A stretch of DNA of 64,000 nucleotides, taken from the sequence record OL631257.1; one strand, given 5' to 3'. Positions 1 to 10,417 of the stretch are shown here, piece by piece (position 1 is the stretch's first letter; each line of letters begins with the position of its first letter). Position numbers and translations under genes: made by a program. Below the pieces are notes generated by a model. That model did not search any database. It was not told the origin of the DNA and saw only the letters and a list, made by a program, of their open reading frames with translations. Origin of the DNA: Escherichia phage ECCR664.

Positions 1-801
1 CTTTAGGTTCTTTAATAGGCTTAAGTTTATACATATTAGGGTTCTTCAGTTTAATTTGAATTCGAGAACTGAATAACATTGAACCGTTATCTTCAGTTTC
101 GCTGAACATTTCAACAACATCCATAGTCTGTAACATCATACGAAGTTTATAAGACAGCGAACGAACGGTTTTGTTGTGCTTATTAATTTCTTCAGCTTTC
201 ATGGTACCGAGATTACGTGAGTAGTAATAAGGAACCTGGATATCAATTGATAATGATGCGTTACCATTACCGGTTGGTTTGAATACTGCAGTAACCCAAT
301 CTTTAACATGAACTTTATTTGTACGACCATCACCGCCAGTGAATAATTTACGAGAATGTTTAAAAAGCATATTCACTTGGTTATTGAATTCACAAGCAAA
401 TTTATCAGCAAATTTAGTTTCAGGAATTGTAGATAACCAATCAGCTAAATGAGTCTTTTAACATCGTTAATAATAGTAAATTCAACCAAATCGGTTTTAG
501 ATGTCACAGATTTAATAAAGCTCGGTTTCATAAAGTTTTTAATGTTATCGCGAGCTACAGTAGAAGATAATAAACGAGAACGTTTGAACCATTGAAGCAG
601 CGTCCCTAATGAATGAGAATATGCATTTTGAGTATCTTTACAGATATGATTTTCTTGGCCGGTATATGTACCAAAATCGCGAAGAATACCACTTACTACA
701 TCTCGGTGTGGAACATCAAATCCTAATGAACCAGAAGCACGTTGGGCATGAACATTAGCGATAAGACCTGCAAAATAATCAATGTAATGTGAACGTGTCA
801 T
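1..801 (-). CDS. hypothetical early protein, 3' end beyond window; ORF 445-801 continues to position 1 in another frame after an apparent 1-bp frameshift near 445
   Basis: ORF 445..801 plus open frame continuing downstream (…THLADWLSTIPETKFADKF…); early-promoter motif upstream at 826-860. Confidence 0.4.
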
Positions 802-825
802 AATATTTTCCTCTCGTTAAGATAG

Positions 826-860
826 ATTCATTATACTCTAACCATCCTTGGTTGTAAACT
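826..860 (-). promoter_or_regulatory. early (sigma70-type) promoter motif: GTTTACA -35, 18-bp spacer, TATAAT -10, with short inverted repeat
   Basis: minus-strand reading AGTTTACAACCAAGGATGGTTAGAGTATAATGAATC. Confidence 0.6.
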
Positions 861-863
861 GAT

Positions 864-1821
864 TTATGATTTTAATGCATTCATTGCGTTAAAAAGTTTA
901 GAGTACTGCAACTGGAGATTGGTAACTACTTGTTGAGCATCACGAAGCTTAGCTTGTGCTTTGTCAAGTTCAACAGACAGTTGGTCCATAGTGGCCTTGA
1001 TTTGATTGTAATGGTAATCTTCGGCCGGAAGAAGGTCATTAGAAACATTTAGTTTTACTGCAGACAGTTTGCACACATTTGGCAAACCTTTAAACATTGA
1101 TTTACCCGAAGTAGAATAAGCACTTAAGACTTCGGCCTGTTCAATTGGGGTCCCAGTAAGCGATGCTTCAAACAATGCATTTTCCTTTTAAGATTTTGAT
1201 AGTATTCAGAGTCTTTGTGCCACCATGGCGCAGGAACCTTTTACCAATAGATACACGAGCCTGGATAGCGATATGGCCCTTATTCTTAATAGGGTTGATA
1301 ATATTAAGCTCACGAGAATAAATCGCTTTAATCTGGTGGATATTATCACCTAAAACTTCCAACGCTTGGTGGAATACACGAGCAACGTTATCATTCTTAG
1401 GTTTATACGTAAGAGTGAACTCATTCTCACTGATAACCATGATTTCTAACTTATCGTAAGTATATTTCAAATGTTTCATGTTAATTGCTTGAGGACGAAT
1501 ACGAGAAGCAATGGCCATCAGATTGTTAAGGTTATTTCGGAACTGTTTAGCGAAATATTGTCCTTCACCGCCGATACAAAAATTACGAAGTTTCTGTTTG
1601 GCTAATAAACGGCTGAACTCACCATTTTTAATGAACTCTTTAACGGGTGTGTTAGTAACGCATTCAAATTGAGTAAACTTACGAGAAGTAATCCCATAAT
1701 ATGAACAGATTTCCTCAATCTCTTCAGGAGTCTTTACAGGCATACGGATAGGATTAGGTCCTGGAGTATATGCGTTCGAGGTAAATTCTTTGATAAGTTC
1801 TCTACGTGTAATAAAAGCCAT
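864..1821 (-). CDS. hypothetical early protein (~318 aa), two ORF fragments joined across an apparent frameshift near 1175
   Basis: ORFs 1168..1821 and 864..1175 abut in different frames; early-promoter motif upstream at 1838-1875. Confidence 0.45.
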
Positions 1822-1876
1822 TTTATATTCCTCATGTTGAAAAATTTATTATACTCCAACCATCCTTGGTTGTACA

Positions 1877-2872
1877 TCATTCCTTAAGAAGTTTTACTAC
1901 TTGAATAAGATTAGCTCGTTCTGTTTTATTTTTACCATTTAAGCCTGCTAATCGTGAGATTTCATCGTCAGTCTGTTGAATAGTTACATTAAGTTCGTTA
2001 ATCAAAGCTTCAAAGTATTTGATTTGCTCAGCATGTTTTGATTCAAATTTCTGAACCGGAATAACGTCTTGGTTTAGTTCGTCAATAAGGTCTTTAAGAG
2101 CATCTTCTTGGTTGATATCGTATTCAACTTCTTTTATTTCTTCAACTAGCTCGTCTTTATATCTAACGTCTTTTAGTCCTGGTGCTGGTCCTGAAATCTC
2201 TTCTTTAAGAGTACAAACATACCCAATACGGTATCCAGTGTCGTCTCGCTTGATATCAACTTCGTCGATAAATCCACAATGTTTGAGACCAGAGCCGATT
2301 AGGTCAAAATATCCTTGACGACGTCCTTCAAACGTTACACGAACTACTAAGACAGTTTTGCCTGCAATCTTTTGAAGCTCACATTTATAAAAGTCAGTTG
2401 AACCTGAATAACGTGGATGAGTTTTAAAGTTCATCTGTCGATCTAGGCCCATTTGTAAACGTGCTGTTACGGCCATAAAACGTGTTTGGTTCTCGTTAAG
2501 ATGAGCAACAATCCATTTCAAAGGCATTTTACACTGTTCACGACCGAACAAATCAGTACGTCCTAGATTACGCAGGATGTTGTTAGAGTTAATCATCGAC
2601 AGAACGTTAAGTTTATTCAGCGCGCTGAAGATTCCATCAGCCATTGATTTTCCGTAGCCTTTACACGCTTTAATAAGCGCTCGCGGTAGATTAGTATAGA
2701 TTTCAGACGGCATATGAAAATCAAATTTACTAACCAGTAATTGATGAACTTGGATAGCAATTCGTTCATAATTAAGCGCTCTGCGATCATTATGGTCTTT
2801 AAACCACACTTTAATCTGTGAAGCACATAAACCGTTAATTTCATGTTTTATCGCATCAGATGTAATGCTCAT
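1877..2872 (-). CDS. hypothetical protein, 331 aa
   Basis: intact 331-aa ORF, no recognised motif. Confidence 0.5.
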   Translation of the reverse strand: MSITSDAIKHEINGLCASQIKVWFKDHNDRRALNYERIAIQVHQLLVSKFDFHMPSEIYTNLPRALIKACKGYGKSMADGIFSALNKLNVLSMINSNNILRNLGRTDLFGREQCKMPLKWIVAHLNENQTRFMAVTARLQMGLDRQMNFKTHPRYSGSTDFYKCELQKIAGKTVLVVRVTFEGRRQGYFDLIGSGLKHCGFIDEVDIKRDDTGYRIGYVCTLKEEISGPAPGLKDVRYKDELVEEIKEVEYDINQEDALKDLIDELNQDVIPVQKFESKHAEQIKYFEALINELNVTIQQTDDEISRLAGLNGKNKTERANLIQVVKLLKE

Positions 2873-2934
2873 AACTATTTCCTCAGATTGAATTGGAACT
2901 CAAAACCATTATAACCCGTCCTTGGGTAAAGCGT

Positions 2935-3460
2935 TTATGCGTGAACCGTCTTTAAACGTTCTTCAAATTTCCGAAGAGTACTAATACGTTCTGCTTTCTG
3001 TTTTGTATAGTTTGCAATACGTTCTGAAGTGAGAGCGTATCGTTCGTTTACTGTTTCTTTCATGAAGTCAGGGATTTCACGAGAAGCTTTAATTTCATCA
3101 AACTTATCGAGTACTGCCTGGTCTTCAGCGATTAAATTTTCGTACATCTCGATATCTTTCTTAATGAAGTCGATATCTTCCTGTGTTACTTTGGATAAAC
3201 GAGATGCTTTATCCTTTTGTACTGCTCGTTAGTTTCACGAGACCAGAATAATGTACGTTTTTGTTAGTGTTTTTGTAGACTTCCACAATTCCAACTGAAT
3301 CGATGATAACAATCCAATTCCAGCGAGATTTGAAAATCTGACCTCCATCCACGGTAATCTCATTACCATAAGCAACGTCATTAAAGAACTTGCTTTGTGC
3401 TTCAGATTTAAATTTACCGTCGTTATAATTTACCAGGTTGAAAATATCTTTAGCGTTCAT
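2935..3460 (-). CDS. hypothetical protein, possibly one gene split by a frameshift (ORFs 3209..3460 and 2935..3147)
   Basis: two collinear ORF fragments. Confidence 0.35.
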
Positions 3461-3484
3461 GTTTTACCTCCAGTAGTTGATAGG

Positions 3485-3517
3485 TCTATAATAACATAAT
3501 CATAGACCTTGTAAACA
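3485..3517 (-). promoter_or_regulatory. early promoter motif embedded in inverted repeat (AGGTCTAT…ATAGACCT)
   Basis: minus-strand GTTTACAAGGTCTATGATTATGTTATTATAGACCTATC. Confidence 0.55.
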
Positions 3518-3518
3518 A

Positions 3519-3830
3519 CTAAAAGAAACTTTTTCGGTATTTTTCCACTGAACCAAACCGACTTCGGGATTTTTGTAATTTTTCAGATTTAAGTTTCTCT
3601 TCCTGTTCTTTCTTATATACACCCTTGTCGTACTGGAGCATCTCTATGGCATTCTTTTGCAAACGATCTAAGGTAATTAAGGCTTTAGTTTTTCCTTTCA
3701 AGGAAGAGTCCTGGCGAACCTCCTCGCTATATTGCATTGTAGAACTAACCATACGATGAGCATAGAGTTCGACTGCTGCTTTGATTTTTGCATAAAATCC
3801 ATAACATATCCTCTTTGATTTGTACATCAT
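3519..3830 (-). CDS. hypothetical basic protein, 103 aa
   Basis: ORF 3519..3830. Confidence 0.35.
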   Translation of the reverse strand: MMYKSKRICYGFYAKIKAAVELYAHRMVSSTMQYSEEVRQDSSLKGKTKALITLDRLQKNAIEMLQYDKGVYKKEQEEKLKSEKLQKSRSRFGSVEKYRKSFF

Positions 3831-3940
3831 TATTTTTAAATATTTCTATGCCCTCAGTAGGTTCCTGGTGTCCTTCTTTGAGGTAAGCCATATGATTATT
3901 CATCTTTATGGCTTTTGTTACCTCAGAACTTCCTATAAGC

Positions 3941-4940
3941 TTATTTCAGTAAAGTTACTTCGGAGATTTCCTCCCAACCATCTTTATCAGTTGAAATAAA
4001 ATCTGCTACATAAAGAGCCGTACGTAATGATACATTGCGAAGACGAGATACGTTAGCCTTCATCCAGGACAATGCTTTGTACGTTTCAGCATCAGTCAGA
4101 CCACGTTTCTGCATCATGTCAGTAGATAATATTACATCTTCAACTCGAACCATAATCTCTTCATTAGAGTGTACTCCAAGGTCGAGATACACTGAACGAG
4201 ATACTAAAGCTTGAAGGTGTGGAGCAAGTTTCGAACCACGTTCTAACTCTTTATCGATATCAACGTTTGTAATGAAAACGATAGTACCTTCAAACTCAAA
4301 TTCTTTATCAATACCCTTATCATCAAGATAAGATGACGCAGTGCTCCAACAAACTTTGCGTTTATCTCCGGTATCTAATGCTGCTTTAAGAAGGTTCAAG
4401 ATATCCATATCAGAGAATACATCAACATCGTCGATTAAGAGAACGCTGTCTGCATCACGGTTGAGCCAAAGTTGTTCGTAAAGGCCAATACCAGAGATTT
4501 TACCATTAATGCTTTTGTATTTGATGAAGCCATTATCATTAGCACTATTAAGTGCTTTATCCAGAGAATACGTCTTACCAATACCGGCTGCACCTGAAAT
4601 AATGAGTGAACGAATTTTGCCATCGATAATGCCATTCGTCATCATGTTCATTACTTTAAAGCGTTTGTTGATGCGAGTTTTCATATCTTCAGTGCTTTCA
4701 ACAACTGCAACTGGTGATGTCTCAACTCCTTCCATTACGATGTCTGATTTGAAGACCCATACTCCACGTTCAGAACCATCAATCATAACGAAAATTTTAC
4801 CATCACCTAAGTGGGAACATTCAGGATTAAGCTTTGCTGGGAACCAGGTCTTTGTGGCGACATAAGAACCAGAGATTTCGTTATTACGATAGATACCTTT
4901 TGATTTGAACGTTGAACATTTTATTCTCCAATTTACTCAT
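3941..4940 (-). CDS. P-loop ATPase (AAA-like), N-terminus apparently frameshifted
   Basis: Walker A GAAGIGKT, Walker B LLIDDVD, downstream FITN sensor-like motif in ORF 3941..4786; open frame continues upstream to ~4940. Confidence 0.55.
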
Positions 4941-5009
4941 TTCGTTTCGATAGGTCTATAATAACATATCCTAAAAGCATGTACACTACTTTTTAAAAAT
5001 ATTTTAACC

Positions 5010-5035
5010 CCTAAAGGGACCCGAAGGTCCCCACA
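5010..5035 (-). terminator. stem-loop (GGGACC-CGAA-GGTCCC) downstream of minus-strand gene 5037..5318
   Basis: perfect 6-bp stem with tetraloop; T-rich tract weak. Confidence 0.4.
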
Positions 5036-5036
5036 T

Positions 5037-5318
5037 TTACTTATCGCACTTAGCAACATAATTAGGCATATCACAGAATACGGAGCGAGTAACTACTCGA
5101 CCCTTTGACCATGCTTCAGTTGCTTGTCCGGCAGTGCTATTAATATAGCTTGATTTGATATTCTCAATACCCTGAGAATGTGATGCATTTACCGAACCGT
5201 TGGAAGGCCCAGAAGACTGGTTACCACCAGCTCCTGCACTACCGCTGGCTGCACCCGTGGTAGCACCAACAGAGAACGCCATCATTACTGCGAATAAACC
5301 AATTACTAATTTTTTCAT
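5037..5318 (-). CDS. small secreted/periplasmic protein (signal peptide, Gly/Ser/Ala-rich)
   Basis: N-terminal MKKLVIGLFAVMMAFSVGA hydrophobic leader; 93 aa. Confidence 0.5.
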   Translation of the reverse strand: MKKLVIGLFAVMMAFSVGATTGAASGSAGAGGNQSSGPSNGSVNASHSQGIENIKSSYINSTAGQATEAWSKGRVVTRSVFCDMPNYVAKCDK

Positions 5319-5413
5319 ATTTACCTCAAGTGAATGGTTATTTATCTATTTATAGTAAGAATTATGATTTTCGAGATAGACTTGCTCAAGGAAATCATCC
5401 CAGAAACTCATAT

Positions 5414-6334
5414 CTACTTTTGTTGCATACCGTTCTTAGCGGCTTGTTCTGATGCTTGTTCAACTTGGTCAACGATATCTTCTAGGAATTCTTGTACAGT
5501 TTTAAACGTATGTTTACCAAGCTTAACATCAAGAATAAATGGAGCATCCTGAAGCGGGTAAACCAGGTCACCGGTTTTGTAAATTTCCAATAATTGAAGT
5601 CCACCACGACATGCATGACTCAATGCTTTCCAGTCAATACCTTCGTTGGCTTCCGCCTTACGAGCACGTTCACCATAGTTCTCTTCCAGTTTAACCAGGA
5701 TGGCATTGAACTCTTTATTGGTTAACGTGTCTTGGAATTTACGGTCTAATAGATTATAGAATGTTTGCTTACCTGTTTTCTCGTTTTCGGTTTCAACCCA
5801 TGAAGCAAATTCACCTACAGGCAGAACATTCTTCATATGTGATAAACGAATTACCGCACCATTATCAAAGTATTGTCCCCATTCATTAGAACGTTTAAGG
5901 GCTTGACGAAGAACAGCCAGTCGAGAACCCTTGACACCATATTTAGAAGCTTGCTTACGGACATACCCTAAATAAGATTTCATGTTAGTGGTATAGAAAC
6001 GAGACCTGTTATCTTGAATATACTTCCATACATCAGGCAAATCAGATTTAACTACTAGACTTGGTGGGGTGTGAAGCATATCTAATGCGACGGTTTCACC
6101 ATCTGCAGCTAGTTTAAAGAAATATTTGAGACTATACAACTCGTGGTCCACGTCGTCTTTTGTGTTCTTAGAAGCAGTGTTGTTAGTGTTCTTGCTCATG
6201 TGTTCTTTAACGTTACCGGTCAAGATATCACGAGCATGAGGGACATAAATTTCTTTAAAATCGACGTCAGATTCAGGAGTAGACGTTCCATAAAGGTGGC
6301 TACCAAAGTAGCCTTTCATAATTGTTTTCATCAT
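5414..6334 (-). CDS. Pol-beta-superfamily nucleotidyltransferase-like protein
   Basis: N-terminal GSHLYGTSTPESDVDF matches the GS-x9-DxD nucleotidyltransferase motif; 306 aa with long C-terminal region. Confidence 0.5.
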   Translation of the reverse strand: MMKTIMKGYFGSHLYGTSTPESDVDFKEIYVPHARDILTGNVKEHMSKNTNNTASKNTKDDVDHELYSLKYFFKLAADGETVALDMLHTPPSLVVKSDLPDVWKYIQDNRSRFYTTNMKSYLGYVRKQASKYGVKGSRLAVLRQALKRSNEWGQYFDNGAVIRLSHMKNVLPVGEFASWVETENEKTGKQTFYNLLDRKFQDTLTNKEFNAILVKLEENYGERARKAEANEGIDWKALSHACRGGLQLLEIYKTGDLVYPLQDAPFILDVKLGKHTFKTVQEFLEDIVDQVEQASEQAAKNGMQQK

Positions 6335-6804
6335 TTAGCCTTATATTCAAGAGTAGGACAGACTTTTTCTTTACGAGCTTTAAGGTATTCACCTATTAAT
6401 GATTTCTTACGTTCAATAGGCTCAAGTCCATTTTTAATTCGTTCTTGGTTTTGTGCAATGAGCTCAATTTCTTTATAATATTTTCTGTCGTTATATTTGT
6501 CTAATAACCAAGATGGACCAATTACCGCCCCGACAGCAATAAGAACCATTACTGATATTGTTAAAATGCCTATACCAATTGAAGCAGGAACTAATGTCCA
6601 TAAACTACTAAAGACAAAGAATTTAGTTAAAATTTCTTGGCCAATGATTGCGGCACCTGCTAAAGTTGCAAATCCAACAATTGAAACAGCCAATACCGGA
6701 ATAAACGTTTTCCAAAAATAAGCACATAATGTTTTCGGACGATTCCACGTACTATTGAACGTGGCATAAATTTTAAAGTGCCAAGAGTTTTCATTGATAA
6801 TCAT
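6331..6804 (-). CDS. membrane protein (two hydrophobic segments)
   Basis: ORF 157 aa with hydrophobic stretches IPVLAVSIVGFATLAGAAIIG and GIGILTISVMVLIAVGAVIG. Confidence 0.45.
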   Translation of the reverse strand: MIINENSWHFKIYATFNSTWNRPKTLCAYFWKTFIPVLAVSIVGFATLAGAAIIGQEILTKFFVFSSLWTLVPASIGIGILTISVMVLIAVGAVIGPSWLLDKYNDRKYYKEIELIAQNQERIKNGLEPIERKKSLIGEYLKARKEKVCPTLEYKAK

Positions 6805-6806
6805 AA

Positions 6807-7343
6807 TAATTCCTTATTTCAAAGTCGGGATAATAGAATCGAGATAAGCTTTAAGAGCAACTGCTTCATCTTTGTCTAATGTAATGATATGTTGACGAAG
6901 GTCATCAATTTGGCGAATAACTACAACATCACCGTCTTCATAAGAAGGATTAACGCTCAGGACTGTTGTATAGTCAGGGTTGTCCTGATTTGTAATAAAA
7001 GCATTACGACATTTAGCCCATTGAAGTTTGGCCTTTTGGCTGTTTCAGATTCCATGAATTCTTTCACTTTAGCGACGAATGTTTTCCAATTATTAATAGA
7101 AAAACATTCGTCTTCTGTTTCGATATTAACCCCACTATAAAGTCCGTGATAAAAACGAACTTGAAGGTCTTCATCAATGTTAATTACAGATGCATGGCCT
7201 GGTGGATTGAGTTTCAAAATCTTGTCCAGTTCCATAGGAAGAATAGTAACAGCATCATCTTCTTGCGTCAGAACGTAAGCATAACCGCGTTTTTCAATAC
7301 ATAAATCACCGAACAACTCTGTTGTTTCAATTACAGTTTTCAT
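6807..7343 (-). CDS. hypothetical protein, apparent frameshift near 7030
   Basis: ORF 6957..7355 (real start MKTVIETT) with open frame continuing to ~6807. Confidence 0.4.
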
Positions 7344-7649
7344 ATTATTCACCAATTAAAGTTTCAACAAAATTCACCAAAGCATTCTGGCAAGCGTCAA
7401 CCTGATTTTCATAAAAGTCTACGTTATCATTTACCGCATGATAAGCTACATCATTCAAATCTGAATCGGCTTCACGTAAGTCATGGATAAGGTCCATCAA
7501 TTTATTAGCTTGTTCACGGGTCATTTTACCATACTCGTTTCAATAAGATTCACTATGCCGTTTACCATGTTATAAGTAAACATCGGATAATTGTATTGTA
7601 CTACAACATAAGCGATAAGCAAAAGTTTCATTTTGTTCTCCGTTCGTTT

Positions 7650-7690
7650 TGATAGGACTACTATAACATAGTCCTATCAAGTTGTAAACT
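7650..7690 (-). promoter_or_regulatory. early promoter motif embedded in 10-bp perfect inverted repeat GATAGGACTA/TAGTCCTATC
   Basis: minus-strand GTTTACAACTTGATAGGACTATGTTATAGTAGTCCTATC. Confidence 0.55.
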
Positions 7691-7925
7691 ACCGATTGTG
7701 TTTTAAATGTTGATAAAGTTCTTCAACTTGTTTAGGGTCCAAAACAATTAAGTCATTTTCTTGACGAAGATAAATCCATCCCTTATCCCCAGGGCCATTT
7801 TTACAAAACATCACCGTCGTCATATCGTCATCTTCAGCGCTTTCAGGTAAAAGTTCAAGTACACCGTCTTCAGATTTTCCAGTATAATCGTAAAGCATAA
7901 TATCCTCACATAATCTCGTTAACAT
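7689..7925 (-). CDS. hypothetical protein 78 aa
   Basis: ORF; early-promoter motif 7650-7690 just downstream. Confidence 0.4.
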   Translation of the reverse strand: MLTRLCEDIMLYDYTGKSEDGVLELLPESAEDDDMTTVMFCKNGPGDKGWIYLRQENDLIVLDPKQVEELYQHLKHNR

Positions 7926-8152
7926 ACATTTGCAATTCGGTGTGCGTATCAGCCATCTTTTTCATAGCTCTGTTAATGTCGATGTCTCCATCTTCGCAAC
8001 CATGAGCATTTTCCCAATCAGATACCGCATTAGCGTACTCTTCAATCAAAAACATTAACTTAGAAATTTTTTCTTTACGTGTCATAATGTTCTCCTCTAG
8101 TAAGTAAAGACTACTATAACACAACCTGAGGAAAAGTAAACTGCTAAATGCC

Positions 8153-8181
8153 AAAAGCCCCAACCTTTCGGAAGGGGCTAT
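8153..8181 (-). terminator. rho-independent terminator after rI
   Basis: hairpin AGCCCC…GGGGCT with A-run on plus strand (T-run on minus); same ~27-bp sequence as at 24114-24142. Confidence 0.65.
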
Positions 8182-8185
8182 TAAA

Positions 8186-8487
8186 TTAGATAGATGTAGG
8201 CTCTAATTTTATTTTCATGAACTCAGCAAATTGTCTGGCGGTTTTTATGCCTTGTTCATGACATTCAAATGCATCATCACAGGGACTATTTTTGTAATGC
8301 TTTGCCATATACTTATAGAATTTTTCAGAATTCTCGACATTTTGAATTTCAAACAAAGTATATACGTTTTTAATCCCTGATTCCATAAAGTTATCAAAAT
8401 ATGGGTCGATATGTGCAGTACCAACGATAGGAGTTGTTGCTGCAAAAACCCCAGCATCGCTATGACAGCTATCGCTCTTAAGGCCAT
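8186..8487 (-). CDS. rI: lysis inhibition regulator rI (frameshifted, two fragments)
   Basis: N-terminus MALRAIAVIAMLG and C-terminus …FMESGIKNVYTLFE…CHEQGIKTARQFAEFMKIKLE resemble T4 RI; fragments 8245..8487 and 8186..8386 in different frames. Confidence 0.75.
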
Positions 8488-8499
8488 ATAGGCCTCCTG

Positions 8500-8712
8500 T
8501 TAATTTTGGCCAGTATTTATTTTTCGCCTTTGGACGGCCTTAACATCTGTGAGGTATTTTTCCAGCTTGCGCTTGCGTGTATAATCAGCTTTAGAACCAG
8601 TTTGACGGATATCCTCATTTAAATGAGAAATAGAATGTCCTAATTCTCTTCGGATTTCATCCAATTGGGTTACAGTAAGATTACGAAGTTGTCTTTCGTT
8701 TAATTGCTGCAT
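8500..8712 (-). CDS. hypothetical protein 70 aa
   Basis: ORF. Confidence 0.4.
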   Translation of the reverse strand: MQQLNERQLRNLTVTQLDEIRRELGHSISHLNEDIRQTGSKADYTRKRKLEKYLTDVKAVQRRKINTGQN

Positions 8713-8739
8713 ATATACCTCTTGGTTAGATATTAGTAT

Positions 8740-9319
8740 TTATAACAACCCTGTCAAATCATTCCAATGCTTCCGGCATAATGACACGTATCTATCAGTA
8801 TCACCAATTTCAATTTGACTGCCATCTGTAATTGGAAGTCCGTCTTCCGTGACTCTAGCTACCATTGTGGCCTTTTACCACAATGACAGACACCTTTAAG
8901 TTCAACAAGCTTATCGGCAATAGCCATTAATGCTTGAGAACCTTCAAATAGATTACCTTTAAAATCTGTTCGTAGTCCATATGCCATTACTGGCACATTG
9001 TATACGTCAACAATACGACTAAGTTGATACACCTTTTCAGTAGTTAAGAACTGAGCTTCGTCAACAAATACACAATGAATATCCTTTGTGCTGCAGCCCA
9101 TTTATAGAATTCAAAGATGTCCATGTCTTTTGTAATTATATTGGCATCCTGACGAATACCAATACGAGAGACTATTTCACCTTTTGAATCACGAGTATCA
9201 ATAGCCGGTTTAAGAACTAATACACCCATGCCACGTTCTTTATAGTTATGTGCGGCAGTAAGTAATGAAGCAGACTTACCAGCATTCATAGCGGCATATG
9301 TAAAAATTAAACTAGCCAT
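8740..9319 (-). CDS. tk: thymidine kinase (frameshifted in two places)
   Basis: [21 protein letters not shown]-loop; …VFVDEAQFL…CHCGK… as in T4 Tk; three collinear fragments. Confidence 0.9.
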
Positions 9320-9328
9320 AAGAGTCCC

Positions 9329-9511
9329 TTATAGTGAATTCACGTAGTCAATGAGTTCTTGTTCTTTCCTGTCAAATGATTCCATCAATGCGTGATATTC
9401 TTCGTCCGTCAAAGGAGCATATTCATCGTACGCATTGGTGGCTGCTTGTTCATCCAATAGGTCATGGATAAGTTCGAACAGTTTAGCTTTCTCTTCTTTA
9501 GTCAATTTCAT
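9329..9511 (-). CDS. hypothetical acidic protein 60 aa
   Basis: ORF. Confidence 0.35.
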   Translation of the reverse strand: MKLTKEEKAKLFELIHDLLDEQAATNAYDEYAPLTDEEYHALMESFDRKEQELIDYVNSL

Positions 9512-9720
9512 TTAGGTTCACCTTCTTTAACGAAATCTGGGTAAGGGTAAAATCCTGAGTAAAACCCTTCACCTTTATGATTACTACAACCTTTGTTCGA
9601 ACAGTAACACCAATAATCAAAATCACAAGCCATTTCGTCATTGCATAAAGCAAAAACTACAGGCCATTCGCATTTTTCGCATTTAGCGCCTGTAAGAATT
9701 TTTGTTTGGCTCATAACCAT
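9508..9720 (-). CDS. small Cys-rich protein (possible Zn-binding)
   Basis: CEKCEW…C…C…CYCSNKGCSNH cysteine pattern. Confidence 0.4.
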   Translation of the reverse strand: MVMSQTKILTGAKCEKCEWPVVFALCNDEMACDFDYWCYCSNKGCSNHKGEGFYSGFYPYPDFVKEGEPK

Positions 9721-9923
9721 GTCACCTTTAAGCAGTATTCTTCTACATGCTGTTTACGACCTTTCTTATCAATAAAGGTATATTCAACGAATGTTCCAAT
9801 GTAGTCTTTATCTACATCATGTGGACTATTAATTGGACATTTAGTACGACAAATGCGTTCCCATTGACGAATAATTACTGCCTTATTCTTTGGGTCGTAT
9901 GGATGTGGATAATGTATATTCAT
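9711..9923 (-). CDS. hypothetical protein ~70 aa
   Basis: ORF 9711..9938, likely start MNIHYPHPY. Confidence 0.35.
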   Translation of the reverse strand: MNIHYPHPYDPKNKAVIIRQWERICRTKCPINSPHDVDKDYIGTFVEYTFIDKKGRKQHVEEYCLKVTWL

Positions 9924-10417
9924 AATAATGGTTCCCAATCAACAATCACAATTTCTAGTTTAGTGGAATACGTATCTAAAATCTCTTCGATGATATCCCA
10001 GTTTCCGCCACCGATACCAGCACCAATTCTTGGCATATAAATTAAAGGCTTTGTTATCTTATTCTTTCCGAATTTATTTAATTCTATTATACAATTCATT
10101 AAAGCAGAGTACTCAAAATTAGGTCCAGGCTCAAACTGTGTATAAAGATTAAAGCAATAAGCTTTATGGGTCTTAAAATATTTTTCATAAACCGAATAAG
10201 TCCCGAGTTTAGATTCGTCTCCGAATTCGGTTTGAAGTTTATCGGCTTCCAGAATTTTTGGATAAGCCTTTGCTAATTGACCTGCTACACCAGCGCCCAT
10301 TGTATGAAAACAATTGCACCCATGAGCAATATTATTACCTTTAGAAAACAGGGCGACAATATCGCCCTTGATATAGTTTTTAATCACTTGCTGCAAGTCC
10401 TCTAGTATAAGAGTCAA
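9920..10417 (-). CDS. macrodomain protein, TARG1/OARD1/DarG-like (putative ADP-ribose hydrolase)
   Basis: YIKGDIVALFSKGNNIAHGCNCFHTMGAGVAGQ and MPRIGAGIGGGNWDIIEEIL resemble TARG1 motifs (…KGDLF…LAHCISEDCRMGAGIA… and MPRIGCGLDRLQW…), recalled from memory. Confidence 0.65.
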   Translation of the reverse strand: MTLILEDLQQVIKNYIKGDIVALFSKGNNIAHGCNCFHTMGAGVAGQLAKAYPKILEADKLQTEFGDESKLGTYSVYEKYFKTHKAYCFNLYTQFEPGPNFEYSALMNCIIELNKFGKNKITKPLIYMPRIGAGIGGGNWDIIEEILDTYSTKLEIVIVDWEPLL

